64,000 bases of DNA from the human T2T-CHM13v2.0 reference genome, Homo sapiens: NCBI RefSeq assembly GCF_009914755.1, contig NC_060927.1, one strand, 5' to 3'. Positions 42,385-56,833 of the stretch are shown here, one piece after another; position 1 is the first letter of the stretch; the number at the start of each line of letters is the position of its first letter. A program made the translations under genes and the position numbers. The notes under the pieces are model-generated. The model saw only the letters and a program-made list of their open reading frames with translations, was not told the origin of the DNA and made no database searches.

Positions 42385-43669
42385 ATTTATGCCCCATACA
42401 TTCACATCTGAAGTTACTACTTCCTGTCTCTGAAGAACGTGTTTACTTGAATGCTACTTATGTTTCGCACTCTTAAGTTCTTTTAGTCTACACTATGTTT
42501 TTTACAGCCTTTAAAAAAATAATTCAGGAATGATGCCAGAAAACCATGAATGACTGAGAGCATATTGTATATCACACAGCCCTGCTTCTGACTCTCTGTG
42601 AATCAAAATCATGTGCCAGACTCCCCTTCTCTTAGGTTGAATTCTTTCCCAGGAATCTCCCAGAGCTCCTACGCAAATAGAACAATTGAAGGACTTGCTA
42701 TTGCGTTCCTTCAGACATACCCACCCATGCCTAAGCCCTTCAGTAAATAAAAACCTAAGTTCCATGCGAGACCCAAGTGAAATTAAACATTGAATTGATG
42801 AAGAGCTACAATGATTCCTAGCAGAGTTTGGAATTCTTAACGAACATTAATTATAAAACTTACAAGAAGTCCCTTGTCAAGATGTAAACTGTTTTTTTGA
42901 ATTTCTGGTCATATTCTTTTGTGTGTTCTTTTTACACATAGTGAATCAGATAAACAGAACAATTAAAATTGTATAATTTAAAATTCAATATACGTTTTTT
43001 ATTTCAGTTTGATTTCCTTTAGATGTAGGTGACATTTGTTCTCCAATAGAACATTTTCAATTTTTTTCAAAGTGTTCTAAAACCAAGATTTAAAAACAAC
43101 AAGCAACCACAAAGTATACTAAATTATGGAAAATTAATAACCTAGAAATATTGGACAGAAGAACAAAATCTTGTTTTTCTGTGAAATTGTACTTTCAGCT
43201 TCACTGTGTCAGTTTTGTGATTACATATGAATTGAAACCAGTATATTGATTATGTAAGTTCTTTACTTGTTTCTATTTATATCCTCTTGATAATTCCTTC
43301 TATGTGTTCCTTCCCTGTGTAGTCTTGCTTATATTTGGATACATCAACATAAAAAAGTAGAATGTTAGCAGGCAGAATATAATAGCACATATTCCTAAAC
43401 AATGTAAGAGGAACTCTGCTAAACATTAAAATTGAAAAATGTAGTAAAATTTTATACAGTTTAAAATATACTTTCAAATATATTTATGTTATGTTTCTGT
43501 CCTTGGGCATTTGAGTATTGAATAGTCTATATATAAGGTGTTATAATTGTCATATCTTTTTAGGAAATCAATTGCCATGATACTAGAAATACCTCCTTCA
43601 GAAATACCTATTTGGCACAGGATGCCAAAGAATTTTCTACTGAACTTGTGGGTCTTGGCTGGGGAATAA

Positions 43670-43963
<294 letters not shown>

Positions 43964-44199
43964 GCAAATGTTTTAACAACTAAATGTTTATACTACGTTT
44001 GTTGTAGAACTTCAACAACAATTAATCAAGGGGACTAAATCATCTTTTTGCTTTTGTAACCCAGAAAACAGAGACAGACTATGATCATATGAACCACTTA
44101 AACATGCAAAATTTGCTTAAATGAAAACCTGAGTTAGTATAATCAGAATCTGTGTGCCTGATTGATTCTACCTCAGTAAGAAAGCTTATAAAATGTATT

Positions 44200-44950
44200 T
44201 TGAAAGAATTACTAGATTGGTTGATAAGGGAAATGCATTAGACAAATTTAATTTAATAAGATATTTTCATGAGATTAAAGCTCAAGTAGGGTTGGATGAT
44301 ATTTCAATTAGATGGATTTCAAACTGATTGAATAGTGGTATTCAAATAATGTTGGGTAGAGGACAAATGTCAGTCTGTAAAGCATTTCACAGAGTTCTGA
44401 CCTTGAATATGTTTTGTTCACTATCAATAACATGAATGGAAAATGACATAAATCAAGGAAAAAACAACTTAATTTATAGTATGATAAAGTAAGGTTTCCA
44501 ACCCATCTCGATAAGAGTGGTGAGCCATATCTTGCAAGATGACATGCAATAGATGTTCACATCTAAAAACTCAAATGCAGTAGAATAGTACCTTACTGAT
44601 GAAAGGTAAAGAAATTCAATGTGAGTTTCAATTATAAAAATGTTAATGCAATTATATATTACATTACATTACTGTAATCTCTTGATTAAAGAATGAGATG
44701 GGCCTTTTCCTATCAGTTGCTCAACTAGTTCCAGAATGATGTGTTTTATACACACACACACACAGAAATACACTATAAAGGATATAACAAGGATGGTAAA
44801 ATTGTAACAAAAAATTCTGCCTGAGGAAGAGTTAGTTATAGATACTGGTAATATCTAGTCATTAAAATTTTTCAAACTGAAGAACAGACGATAAAATATG
44901 TTTTCAAATGTCTGGAGCACCATGATACAAAAGAATTCTATTTTAAAGAA
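44200..44950 (+). mobile_element. L3/CR1 LINE relic (3' part appears to resume ~49780-50000)
   Basis: actagattggttgataagggaaatgcattagaca...gggttggatgat...ttagatggatt...tgattgaat resembles the CR1 RT region. Confidence 0.6.
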
Positions 44951-46347
44951 AATGTAGAAGGCACTTCTGGTTTCCAATCCTGTATGTAAGATGCTTGGAA
45001 GTCACCACTTCATCCTAATAAGTAAAACTCTGAAAATACTGAAAACTCAATAACTTTTCTTAGATCTGTAAGAGAAGTGAGGTCACAGGGTAAACCTCTG
45101 CCACACAAAAAGGGTAAAGACTGACAGGAGAATACAGAGAATCACAACTTACTGCAGCAGAAACCAATGAGCCGAAATCTTTGTGGGAACCAATGCTGAG
45201 GAGGAAAACCTCAATTGTGATTATCAAATAGCCGAAGGCTCACTGTGGACAAGTCAAACAGCTAAGAACTCTAGAAAGACCCAATTACCTGCCTTACTGT
45301 TGTATTTTACCTCCTAGAGCTCTACTAGGTTCTCAGAAAAATATTTCCTTGTCCTTCTGATTGCGGCCAGGGGTTTTGAAATACTCAGAGGACTCTATTC
45401 TAAGGTCTGCTCTCGGGGAAAATATTTAGCCAGAGCTTCACTGCTCAGATTTTATCAGCTTCAAATTGACGTGGAGGAAGGGAAATACCAAACTCCAACC
45501 TACTTTAGACCTCCTGTCTCACTTAAAATGAGTGGAGGGGCCCTGAGAAGCAAGTGTGAAGTTCACTTTCCAGAGGCACAGGCTCCCTAAAAGACTGAGA
45601 CCTCATTATAGACTACGGAACACCTTTCCTCTCACCAAACCTCACTACCGCATTACTAAAGCCCTATTTAAAACAGTTCTTTTTATCCAGTATACCATGT
45701 AAAGATATCAACGAAAACTTACAAAACAAACTCAGCAGCAGAAAAGCACAGTTTGAAGAAACAGAGCAAGCATCAAACCACATTTAGGTATGGGAAGAAT
45801 GCTGAGATTTAAAAACAACTATGCTTGGTAAGGGCTATAATGGATAAAGTAGAGAGGATGGAAGGACAGATAGTTAAGGGGAGTAAGTAGATGGAAACTC
45901 TAGGAAGAAACCAAAAAGATAGTAAAGATTAAAAAAAACTGTATCAGAAATCAGGGTGACTTACATGGTCTTATTAATAGAGCGAATGTGGCTGAGGAAA
46001 GAATCTCAGAACTTAAGGATATCTCAGGAGAAACCTCAACAACAGAAAAACAAAGAGGAAAAAAAAAACTGAACAAAATATCCAAGGATTGTGGGGCACC
46101 TACAAAATGTATGCCATATGTGTAATGGGAGTATCAGAAGGAAAAATCAAGAAGGAAAAAAAAAACAGAAAAAAAATTGGAAAAAATAATGACTGAGAAT
46201 TTCCTCAAATTAATATCAGATTAAAAAAATCCCCACAGATCCAGGAAGTTCAATAGAAAAACAAGCAGTAAAAATATGAAAATAAAACTACACCTAGGCA
46301 TATCATTTATAAAGTACACAAAATCAAGGATTAAAAAAAAAATTCAC

Positions 46348-46660
46348 GGTCAGGTGTGGTGACTCATGCCTGTAATCCCAGCACTTTACAGGGGGCGAGG
46401 CAGGGAATCTGAAGCTGGGAGTATCAGACCAGCCTGGGAAACAAAGTGAGACCTAAGATCTACAAAAAGTAAAAAATAAAATACATTAGCCAGGAACAAT
46501 AGTAGCCCGTCCCTGTAGTCCCAGCTATTCAGGAAGCTGAAGTGGGAGTATTGCTTGAGCTCAGGAGTTCAAGGATGCAGTCAGCTGTAATCACATCACT
46601 GCAATCCAGCTTGGGTGACAGAGTGAGACCTGATCTCATTAAAAATAATAATAATAATAA
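46348..46660 (+). mobile_element. AluJ-type SINE inside L1MC1
   Basis: Diverged dimer, ttgagctcaggagttcaaggatgcagt; (AAT)n tail. Confidence 0.88.
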
Positions 46661-46819
46661 TTGAATTTTAAAAATCCTGAAAGAAGACTAGAAAAAAAAT
46701 CAACAAATCAACAAATTTACTTGTTATAAAAAGAACAAAGATAAGAATTACATCTGACTTTTCCTCACAAACCATGTCAGCAAGAAAAGAGTGAAGTTAA
46801 CTCTTTAAAGCATTGGGAA

Positions 46820-46856
46820 AGAGAGAGAGAGAGAGATAGAGAGAGAAAGAGAGAGA
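46820..46856. repeat. (GA)n microsatellite
   Basis: Direct reading of the sequence. Confidence 0.9.
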
Positions 46857-46913
46857 AAACCCACCAAGCCAGAATTCTATAACCTGTGAAATTTTTCTTC
46901 AAAAGTGAAGAGG

Positions 46914-47226
46914 GGCCGGGTGCCGTGGCTCACATCTGTAATTCCAGCACTTTGGGAGGCTGAGGTGGGTAGATCACTTGAGGCCAGGAGTTCTAGACCA
47001 GCATGGCGAAACCCCATCTCTACTAAAAATACATCTCTACTAGAAATATAAAAATTAGCTGGGCGTGGTGGTGTGCACCTGTAATGCCAGCTACTAGGGA
47101 GGTTGAGTTAGGAGAATTGCTTGAACCCAGGAGGCAGAGTTTGCAGTGAGCCAAGATTGCGCCACTGTACCCCAGCCTGGACAAAAGAGCAAGACTCTTA
47201 TCTAAAAAAAAAAAAAAAAAAAAAAA
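46914..47226 (+). mobile_element. AluS-type SINE inside L1MC1
   Basis: Perfect TSD aaaagtgaagagg at 46901-46913 and 47227-47239; long pure A tail. Confidence 0.95.
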
Positions 47227-50200
47227 AAAAGTGAAGAGGTAATAAAGTCTCTCTCAAACAAACAAAAATTGAAGGGATTGGCTGCCAGTGGAACTTTCTT
47301 GCGAAAAATGTTAAAAGAAGTTCTTTAGAGAAGGAAAATGATATAGTTCAAAAACTCATCCATGTAAAAAAAGGAAGAGTGTCAGGGAAGAAATAAATGA
47401 AAGTAAAATAAAAACTTACTTTTTTCTTATTTTTAATTAATCTATCAATAACCATGGATAGAGAATAACATTCATCAATGATAAACGACTGGATATTTAG
47501 TATGATAAAATCAGATTCAACTAAGATCAGAAACAAGGTGAGGATATGGTCTCTCGCCACTGCTTTTTGAAATTGCACTGAAAGTCCTAGCTAATGCAAT
47601 AAAGCAAGAAAAGAAAAAGTATTCACATTAGAAAGGAAGAAATAAAGATGCCCTTGTTTGCAGATGACATGATTATCTATATAGAAAATCTGAAAGAATC
47701 GATAAATGTTCTTGGAACTAATAAGCAATTTTTATAGAGCTGTAGGACACAAGGTTAACATACAAATTTCAATCACTTTCCTATATACCAGCAATAAAGA
47801 AGTAGAACTTGAAATTAATAGTACCATATACATTAGCACACCTAAAAATAAAATAGTTGGAATAGATCTAACAAAATAGGAATAAGATCTACATGAGAAA
47901 AACAAAACTCAGAGAAAATAACTCAAAGAAGAACTAAATAAATAAAGATATTCCATGTTCATCAACAAGAAGACAGTATTGTCAAGATGTCAGATCTTCT
48001 CTACTTGGTTTGTTGAGTTAATGAAATCCAAATCGAAATTTCAGCATAATATTTTGTGGATATCAAAAAGCTGATTCAAAACTTTTTATTTTGAGATAAA
48101 AGACCCAGAATAACCTACACAATACTGGAGAAGAAAAATAAAAGTTGAAGGATTGACACTACCCAAATTCAAGTCTTACTATAAAGGTACAGTAATCAAG
48201 ACACTGTGGTATCAGTGAAAGACAGACAAATATGTCAATGGAACAAAATAGAGAGCCCAGAAATAGACCCACGTAAATATAATCAACTGTCCTTTGGAAA
48301 AGGAACAAAGGCAATACTATAGGGAAAATGATTTTTAATAAATGATGCTGAAACAACTGGGCATTCACATGAAAAAAAAATTGCATCTAGATACAGACCT
48401 TAAACCCTTCACAAAAATAAACTTTAAGTGAATCATAGAACTAAATGTAAAACATAAAACTGTCAAAGACTTACAAGAAAACATAGAAATCTAGATGATC
48501 TTGGGTTTGGTGTTCATTTTTTGTATACAACAATAAACACATGATCTATGAGAGAAAGAATTGATAAGCCAGATTTCATTAACATTTTAAAAATTCTGCT
48601 CTGTCAAAGTCATTGATGAGAGAATAAAAAGGCAAGCCACAGACTGAAAAAAAAAATTTGCAAAAGACATATCTGATAAAAGACTGTTATCCAAAACATA
48701 CAATTAAGAAGTCTTAAAACTCAAACATGAGAAAAAAAAAAAAAAAGACAAGTCAACTAAAAACACAGGCCAAAGACCTTAAAAGACACCACACCAAAAA
48801 ACAAGATGTACAGATGGCAAATAAGCATATGAAAAGATACTTTGCATCATATGTTATCAGAGAAATACAAATTAAAACAGCAAAGAGATACCACTACACA
48901 ACTCTTAGAATTGTCATTGTCCAGAATACCAGCAACAGTAGATGTTGGCAAGGTTGTGGAGAAACAGGAATTCTATTTCATCGCTGGTGGGAATGAAAAA
49001 TGGTACAGCCACTTTGGAAGACAGTTTGGTGGTTTCATACAAAGATAAATGTGCTCTTACCACATGATACAGCAATCATGCCCCCACGGTATTAACCCGA
49101 AGGATTTGAAAGCTTATGTACACACAAAAATCTGTGCATGGATGTTTATAGCCGCTTTATTCATAATTGTCAAAACTTGGAAGAAACTAAAATGTCCTTC
49201 GGTAGGTGAAAAATAAACTGTAATATATCCAGACAATGGAATATTATGCAGTGCTACAAATACATGAGGTATCAAGTCATAAAAACACAGAAATGTAACT
49301 TTAACATCTATTACTAAGTGAAAGAAGCCAATCTGAATAGTCTACATACTGTATGATTTCAGTGCCATAACATTCTGGAAAAGGCAAAATCATGGAGCAG
49401 TAAAAAGATCAGTGGTTGTTAGTAGTTAGAAGGGAGGGAAGGATACATAGATGGAGCAGAGGGGCTATTTAGGGAAGTGAAATCACTTTGTATGATACTA
49501 TAATAGTGGATATAAGTTTTTATAAATTTGTCCAAACCTATAGAATGTACATCAAGAGTAAACCCTAATGTAGGTTGTGGAGTCTGGGTGATAATGGTGT
49601 GTCAGTTTAGGTTCCTCAATTATAATAAATGCACCACTATGGCGGAGGATGTTTATAATGTGGGAGGCTATGCAAGTGTGGGGGCTGGGGGCATATGGAA
49701 AATCTCCGTGCCTTCTGTTCAATTTTGCTGTGAGCCTATTAAAACCGCTTTAAAAATAAAATCTATAAAAAATGCATGATGTCAGTGAGTAAAACTAGGG
49801 CCAAAATGCAAGTCTACATTGACACAGATTTTCACTCTATATAAGGAAAATATGAAAGTCTAATTGGCTATTCTGTTTTTGGTTATCCTTGTTCCTTAAC
49901 CATGCTCTAAATGATTATTTGTTTGGGATGTTGTAGAGATTTCAGATATTAGATAATAAAATGATCTAAAGGACATTTAAAATCATTCCAAGCCCTGACT
50001 TAATGAAGGTAGAGTCATTATTTAACTAGATCTCACACGTATTTTTATCTTATCTTTCAGCACCGTTTTTGAGTGTTTTATATTTTTAACACTTACTGGA
50101 GCATAATAGATATTCCAAGAAATTTCCAAAACTTCAAATGGATGCCAGCTCATTAGTTATACATGATTCTGCTTTAGTCAATATAATATGTTGATAAAGG

Positions 50201-51509
50201 GAGACATAACTTTTTTCTCACCTAAATGATATTTTCCTTGAGGTCCATGTTGTATGTATGTTATCATCAAAAATGATAGACTATCTCAGGAAACAATATA
50301 CCAAGACAGAAGAGCTTCAGAGGAAGTGGATGTGAAAGCAAACTAAAAAGACCAATGTTAAACATAAAAGCATGATAAGAGGAAAGAAACACAAAAAAAA
50401 TCATCAAAGACAAAAGAGTACAGTGGAAGAAAATACCATCAAAGAATAAGAGGGGATTAAAATTGAAAGAGGAAGAAACCATCAAAAGGGAGAGAATATG
50501 ACACAATAGGTCAATGCAACTCACATCAAGTGACTGGAGCACATCTGAAAACAACTGGAAAAGTGAAACTCATGAGAAACACTACATTACATTAGAAACT
50601 GCATTAAAATTAAACCAGTCACCATAAAGGAATATAATTTTAATAGGAAAAAGTAGCCCTACAAAGGAAAGGGCCTCTTCAATGGGAATTTACAACAGGA
50701 GCTCTAAAAGCCCATGATACAGATAATGTGTCCCATAAACAAAGGGACGCTGCAGAAAACATGCCAAGGCCAATCCACAGGCAAAAAGGAGGAAGGACAG
50801 TGTTGGGTACAAAAACAGCACTGTGAAAACAGTGATAATAAAGAGAGAAGGAAGGTGGAGTTGGAAAGAGCTTTAGTGAATTACTGAAATATAACCTTTT
50901 TACCCAGAATACAAAAAAAAATCTGAGGGAGTGAATCTCTGTCTCTCAGACATACGAGTGTATGTCTCTCCTGTAGTGTATGTCTCTCTCGTAGACACAT
51001 ACACATGCATGCACACACACACACAAACACCCTACACTAGAACAATCTATCCCTTCATTTAAACTGCATTCTGAAGTCCGAATTATCACTAGTTACCTAG
51101 CTAAGGCAGAGAACTATAACCATCTTCTCATCATAACCAAGCTCCATTGTGAAACCTTAAACTTGGGGGATGATTCCAACTCCCCAAGCAAGTCGATGCT
51201 ATACATGAATGTAATCTATCCGTCAATTACTAAATTAAGTCTCAAATTACTATTCTGTTTCTGTTATTATGGGCCTCTAAAAAACTTGAAACACAAAGTG
51301 AGTGTTTAGAAAAATATGTAATAAAGCTCTTTTTTTTGAACCTTTACAATACAGAATGGTTGTCTTATGCTGCTTCTAAATCTGTCTCAGTGTTTTAGAT
51401 AGAGTCCAAGATCTAAAAACTAAACACCCTTTAGTATTTAACCTCCCTATTAGAAGCATATACATAACCTCAACAAGCAGAATTATATGGTGCCCTTATC
51501 AATGACCTT

Positions 51510-52095
51510 AACAGTGTTCGTGAGAATGTAAGGAAATACACATTTGCATACACTATCGACAAAAAAATAATTCATACAAATAATCTGGAGAACTATTTGG
51601 CAAAGCCTTTAGAAATTTGAATCAAAACCTTTAGAAGTCCTTAACTTGTTTAACTTAGCAACTTTCCTTTTAGGGATTTATAAAGACAATCAGTTAAGTG
51701 TACAGAGACATATATAAGGGACATACACTACAGGGTAGTTTATGTTAACATAATGAAAACAATCTAAATGTCAATTGAAAGGGGACAAGTTAAATAAATC
51801 ATGATATGTTTGTGGATAGAATAGTATGTAGCCTTTCCAAATGATGGAAGTGAAGCAAAGTAATTGCTGTAGCGTTATGTCTATGCTAATGTATTGGGGG
51901 AAAAGATGCATGCTATTAAGCAGTTCAATAACATCATCTTATTTTGTGATTGAAGAGACATTTTGTTTCTTGTATATGCAAAGGACAAGTCTGTAAAGTC
52001 TGGAACACAAATAAATCCATGCTATCAGTCTACTTTTAAATATTTTCTGAACATCTAAAATTGATTCTGTCTTACTTCTGTAATCAGGAAAAAAA
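51510..52095 (+). mobile_element. Ancient L1 (L1ME/L1MC-type) 3' fragment
   Basis: cagtgttcgtgagaatgtaaggaaa...aaacaatctaaatgtcaa...gttaaataaatcatgatat. Confidence 0.65.
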
Positions 52096-53047
52096 TTGTC
52101 ATATTCATTTGATAAAATATGAAAATGCCATCAGAGATTCATTTGTTTTGACAGAAGGAAGCAAGTAATTTGAAGAGAGATACTGGATATTTTAGATGAA
52201 TTCTAAAATGGAAATATAGGATTAATATGTTTTTACCTTTGTAATAAATAGAGAAGGGTTGGCGGTATGAAAGAACATATTCTAAAAGCAATGAGACCAT
52301 ATCTTCAGTGGCTGACATAAAAAACCATGTTTTATAGAATGTAGCAATGATAACTGGGTACACATGGATTCCATTTTAACTGTGTTTCAATAAATGCTTA
52401 GAAATATAGCTGGGAAAACTCTGTCAGAATCTATTAGTGGTTTCACTAACATAAATGTTAAAAACTTATTCCAGATGTTAGGATAAGTTGAATCTATTAT
52501 CAGATTCCCTTGCCCAAATTGTTGAGATATTTACTTTTAGATTCCACGGCACATCATCCTACATTAGCTCATGTTTTAACTGCTATTATTCTTATTAACT
52601 TTTCAAATAATAGTATAATTAAATTTTAAAATTATGTAACTTAAATTATGATATCTAGTTACAGATATGTATTTGTATATACATAGGTAAATTTCACTTA
52701 GTAAACTTGTAATTTGTAAATGATCTCTGAAATCATGACTGTTATATTCTCTCCTATTAACTTCAGAGTTAAGAACCTTCACATTCTTGAAGTTACAGGC
52801 AAAGTAAAGAAAAGGTCCTACAGCGCTTGAGAAAGAATTACATTTTATTTGACTAAAATGAACCCTGTTAAATTATAAAGTGATTTTCTCCTTTCATGAG
52901 ACTCTTTTGTAAGTTTTCATTTCAATTTTCAAAAGTGAGAACTATTATGCCCAATTATATCAAAAGAGTTTATAATTATTTTTAAATGCCTGAGTGTACA
53001 TTAGTAAATAATGAAAGCATTTATAGCTCTCTTGCTTTTTAGTAAAG

Positions 53048-53325
53048 ACATATATACATATATTCTTTCCTCCATATATATGTATGTGTGTATGTGTAGA
53101 AAATATTGTGATAATATAGATCATATATGTGTGTGTATATATGTCATACATATATACACACACATACATGGCAATCATATAGAACATGTCTTTATGACAT
53201 GATCTATAAATCATACAGATCATATGTCTTTATGACCTATATACACATATATATGATCTATATGATTGCCATGTATGTATGTGTGTACATATGTCCATAT
53301 ATATGAAATATATATATATGAAATA
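53048..53325. repeat. TA/TG low-complexity tract with inverted and direct duplications
   Basis: Perfect 22-bp inverted repeat at 53162-53183/53257-53278; 13-bp direct repeat at 53186-53198/53224-53236. Confidence 0.85.
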
Positions 53326-56300
53326 TTTTGATCTTTCATTTAAGTGGCTGGAAATAAATATTGAATGTCTATACTGAAAAAAATGATCTTAGGTTATATT
53401 GTTCTCAGAAAATGGGGCCCATTAGAAAAAAATATGAGAAATTAAATAAAACACTAACAAAAATAGATATTAGAAATTAAATAACACACTAACAGAAGGG
53501 TGAGCTGAAAAGGTCAGAAGCAGGGCAAAAAAGGGTAAATTATTGTCAAAGAGACATACAAGAGGAATAAGAAATAATAAGAGCATGAGAGGATCTAATA
53601 TTAATTGATTTGAATTAAAGAACCCATCAGGACTCCTTTCATATGTTCTGGGGACCTAAGATCAAATCCATTTTTATTGAAGTATTTTCCCCTTTAATTC
53701 TTTTACTATCAAATAGGACCATCCCATTTAAACAAGTATCCTTTTTTATCTTTGGTCACTAGCTATTCACAATTTTCTTACCTAATATATAGGATCTTTA
53801 AGGTTTTTGACAGGGTGAAAGACATAAACAATACTCTTGATGCCAAAGTGTGAAATTATACCTAGTTCAATCTGTTTACTTTTGAATATTCACTTGTGAG
53901 CCCTGGACATACCAAGAGGCTGAGTATTCGCAGGCAAAATATAAGCAGAGGCCTCAGGGTCTGAATTAAAGATTGGGTCATTCTTTTTCTGTGTATATGG
54001 ATGGGTGTGTGTGAGTGTTTGTATTGGTGTGATTTTCTGTGATTTGAGTTGCCATAGTGAGCACAGAGGGTTCACAGTGTTGTCACAGGGAAATAATTAT
54101 AATACGTTGAAATGAGAAACAGGTAACATTTTTTTCTCATGATTTTTATTACTCTTGCTTAAAACATTTTTTTTTACCTGTGTTGGAATTGTTCCCAATA
54201 TTGCTTTAGTATTGCTGGCATTAATTAGTAAAAACAAACTCTCACACAATTCTGTCTCTGTCATTGCTACCTTGCCTAGAACCACAAATTCTCTGGGTCA
54301 TCAAAAAGAGAGGTTGTGATATTGCTAAAATGCCCTTCAAACTGTATACATCCTCTGAGGTGAGGTGTTATTAGCTCTTTTTGTCTTTAGGAAATTAAGA
54401 ATTTTCTTAAAATTCTCAACTTTTATGTTGCTGTCCACCCCATGATGCCAGCTCACCTTCTTAAGCCAAAGCAATGTAATTCTTAGTCATCCAGCAGGTG
54501 GAGTTAGGTCGCCTAATCTCCACTAAATCGCAAAGAAAATGCTGAGAGGATGCTGATGTGTAACAGCCTGGCCTACACAGATAGAAATGCCTGTGTTTCT
54601 ATACCAGGAAAGTTTAAATCATTCTGTTCCCTCTTTCTTGAACTGATTGAAAAATCTGTGATAGCTTGATCATTAGCCCTAAAATATTTATTTGAATGCT
54701 CTCCAAGTCAGCCCTATCTAATCTATCAGAGTAAAGAACAGAAAAAGAGGGGCATTTCTTGTTTCTGCTAATTCTTGAGCTCTTCTTTTTTTATGAGAAT
54801 GCATTATGTGTCCGTTTAGAAAACAATGTTACCACATATCCATAAATCCAGGAACATATGAATGTAAATAGAGTCACACTAGCTCATAAGACAGAAACAA
54901 ACCCGCACCTAGCATTCATCCCTGTCACTAATCAACACATATCTTCCACATGGGGCCCAAAGCATCTAGATTTTTACTACCAACGAACCCAAATGCTATT
55001 TATGTAGTGTGTGTTCTGAGGTGGAGTGGAAAGATGTGCACCCAGCTGGGGGTAAGATGCTTAAAGACAAAGAAGACAATGAAACTCACGTGCATTCTGG
55101 AGTAAACGCTATATAGGAGCCTGGTAAGAGTAATGAATTAACTTCTAACAAGAGCTTTTGAATAGAAACAGCATCTCCCAAATGTTTCTTAAGAAACTAC
55201 CATAACTCCATGGTTTAAACACTTCTGATTTATTGCCTCTGCTCATCTTAAGGCTACTGTAGAGGACAATATGTAAAATATGCTCATGGGACCTAAGAAA
55301 TTATCTGGTACAGGCCCAGGAAAACAAAAGAAGAAAGATTTAATTACAGAAGGTATATAATCTAAGTTTTATTGCCTCTAGCTGCTTCCTTAGCAGTGCT
55401 TTGTACATAATAATAGCTTATTCTATTTTTCCCACTGGGGAGGCAGAAAATAAAGTTAATATCATCCTTCTATCAGAAACATTAAGGCAAATTCATTCAT
55501 TCTGAAATCTTATTCCTGGTGTATGTGAAGTTGGGGGTTAGATATGGAATACAGAGGAAATGAATATAGAGAAAGTAATTAATATTGCTTTATAATTTTT
55601 TCATATATATATTTCTATATACATAAAATATGTATAACATACTTGGCCAAAAACATTGTTCCAGCATCATTAATTCTTTAGAGGAAGGCATTTTATTTAC
55701 ATAGTGAGGAAGCCAGAATTCTCCTATATTGGTTGCACTAAGAGTTCATGTCCAGCACTAACATAAACTCAGGATATGGACAAACATGGCTGACGGGACC
55801 GTAAGAGTATCTAGGAGAAAGCTAAACTGCAACGACAACCTGAGTAATGTGAGTTTTCATCCAGGTCACCCATATAAGATCTAAAACCTAGAATATTTGG
55901 CCTAAGTTAGGGGAAGGAACAAAGTTCACATGACAATACTTTAAAAGATGTGACAGACAATTTGATTGTGTTCTTTTACATCTTAACCTTTATACAAAGG
56001 AGTTTTGTCATTATAGCAATTCAAAGAAAGAAAAACAACTAGAATGGACATAATTGAACAGAAATCGGAGAGGAGAGGTTTACTTATAGGTGAATAGTTT
56101 AAACAGAATTTAAACAGTTTATCAGTAAGTATTCTTGTCAGCAGACTGTTCTGAAACTTCTTGGCACAGATTTTTCCCTGTTCTCTTCCTGCTGCCTCCT
56201 ATTAGATAGCTTCCTCTTCTTTATCCAGACAACTACTCCCTACAGCCTCTTTCTTTGCTTTGCTCATTGGATGGTGTGTATTTCTTCTAAAGAGATTACA

Positions 56301-56718
56301 CTGGAGACTTGTTTCATTCACCTTCTAGGCACATGACATGACTTTCACCTTTAGCGAGCTTTCATAATGCTTTTAGCTGTGGAAAGTTACACAAACTAAT
56401 TTATGTCTAAGGAAGCAAATAGATTAACTTAATGCCCTACAAAGGATATTATATGGCATTCAAAGGCATTCTTCAACAACATTAGGAAGACAATTTAAAA
56501 ATGAATCTTCCCATTTCAGGGAAGGCTATGATTTTATTCAAATGAAATTTGGTACATTATCTATCCAATGGAGATCTCCAGGATTTGGAATTGCATACTG
56601 TAGTTAGTGTTAACCTTCATTTAATGACAATCAGCCAATGCAGAAAATGGGAAAATAGGGATGGCATTTTATGTGGCTTGATATTTTTGTGTTGGAAGAC
56701 ACTGTTTTCAATCAACAG

Positions 56719-56833
56719 GTGTGGTCTTCTAGGTCTGTTCTTACAAGAACTTCTGGCTGCTGTCCAGGTTACTCATAAGCTGCACCTGTCAGACACCAAA
56801 GTCTTCCATCTACCCCTCGAAGAGAAAAAGAGA
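56719..56833 (+). other. Candidate exon (115 nt), product unknown
   Basis: ctgttttcaatcaacag| acceptor, AGA|GTGAGT donor, higher GC than flanks; one open frame (CGLLGLFLQELLAAVQVTHKLHLSDTKVFHLPLEEKKR) that I do not recognise. Confidence 0.3.

Larger units (their letters stand above)
44963..49772 (+). mobile_element. L1MC1-like LINE with 5'UTR, ORF1 remnant, partial ORF2 and 3'UTR
   Basis: 5' acttctggtttcc...; RT motif tttgcagatgacatg at ~47657; L1MC1-type 3'UTR tttgtccaaacctatagaatgtaca...aattttgctgtgagcct; endonuclease region not recognisable. Confidence 0.82.

Noticed and set aside
54491-54503. CTCF-like CCAGCAGGTGGAG (also CCACTAGTTGGCAG at 5775-5788)
   Set aside because: Each has a mismatch at an informative core position; expected by chance in 64 kb
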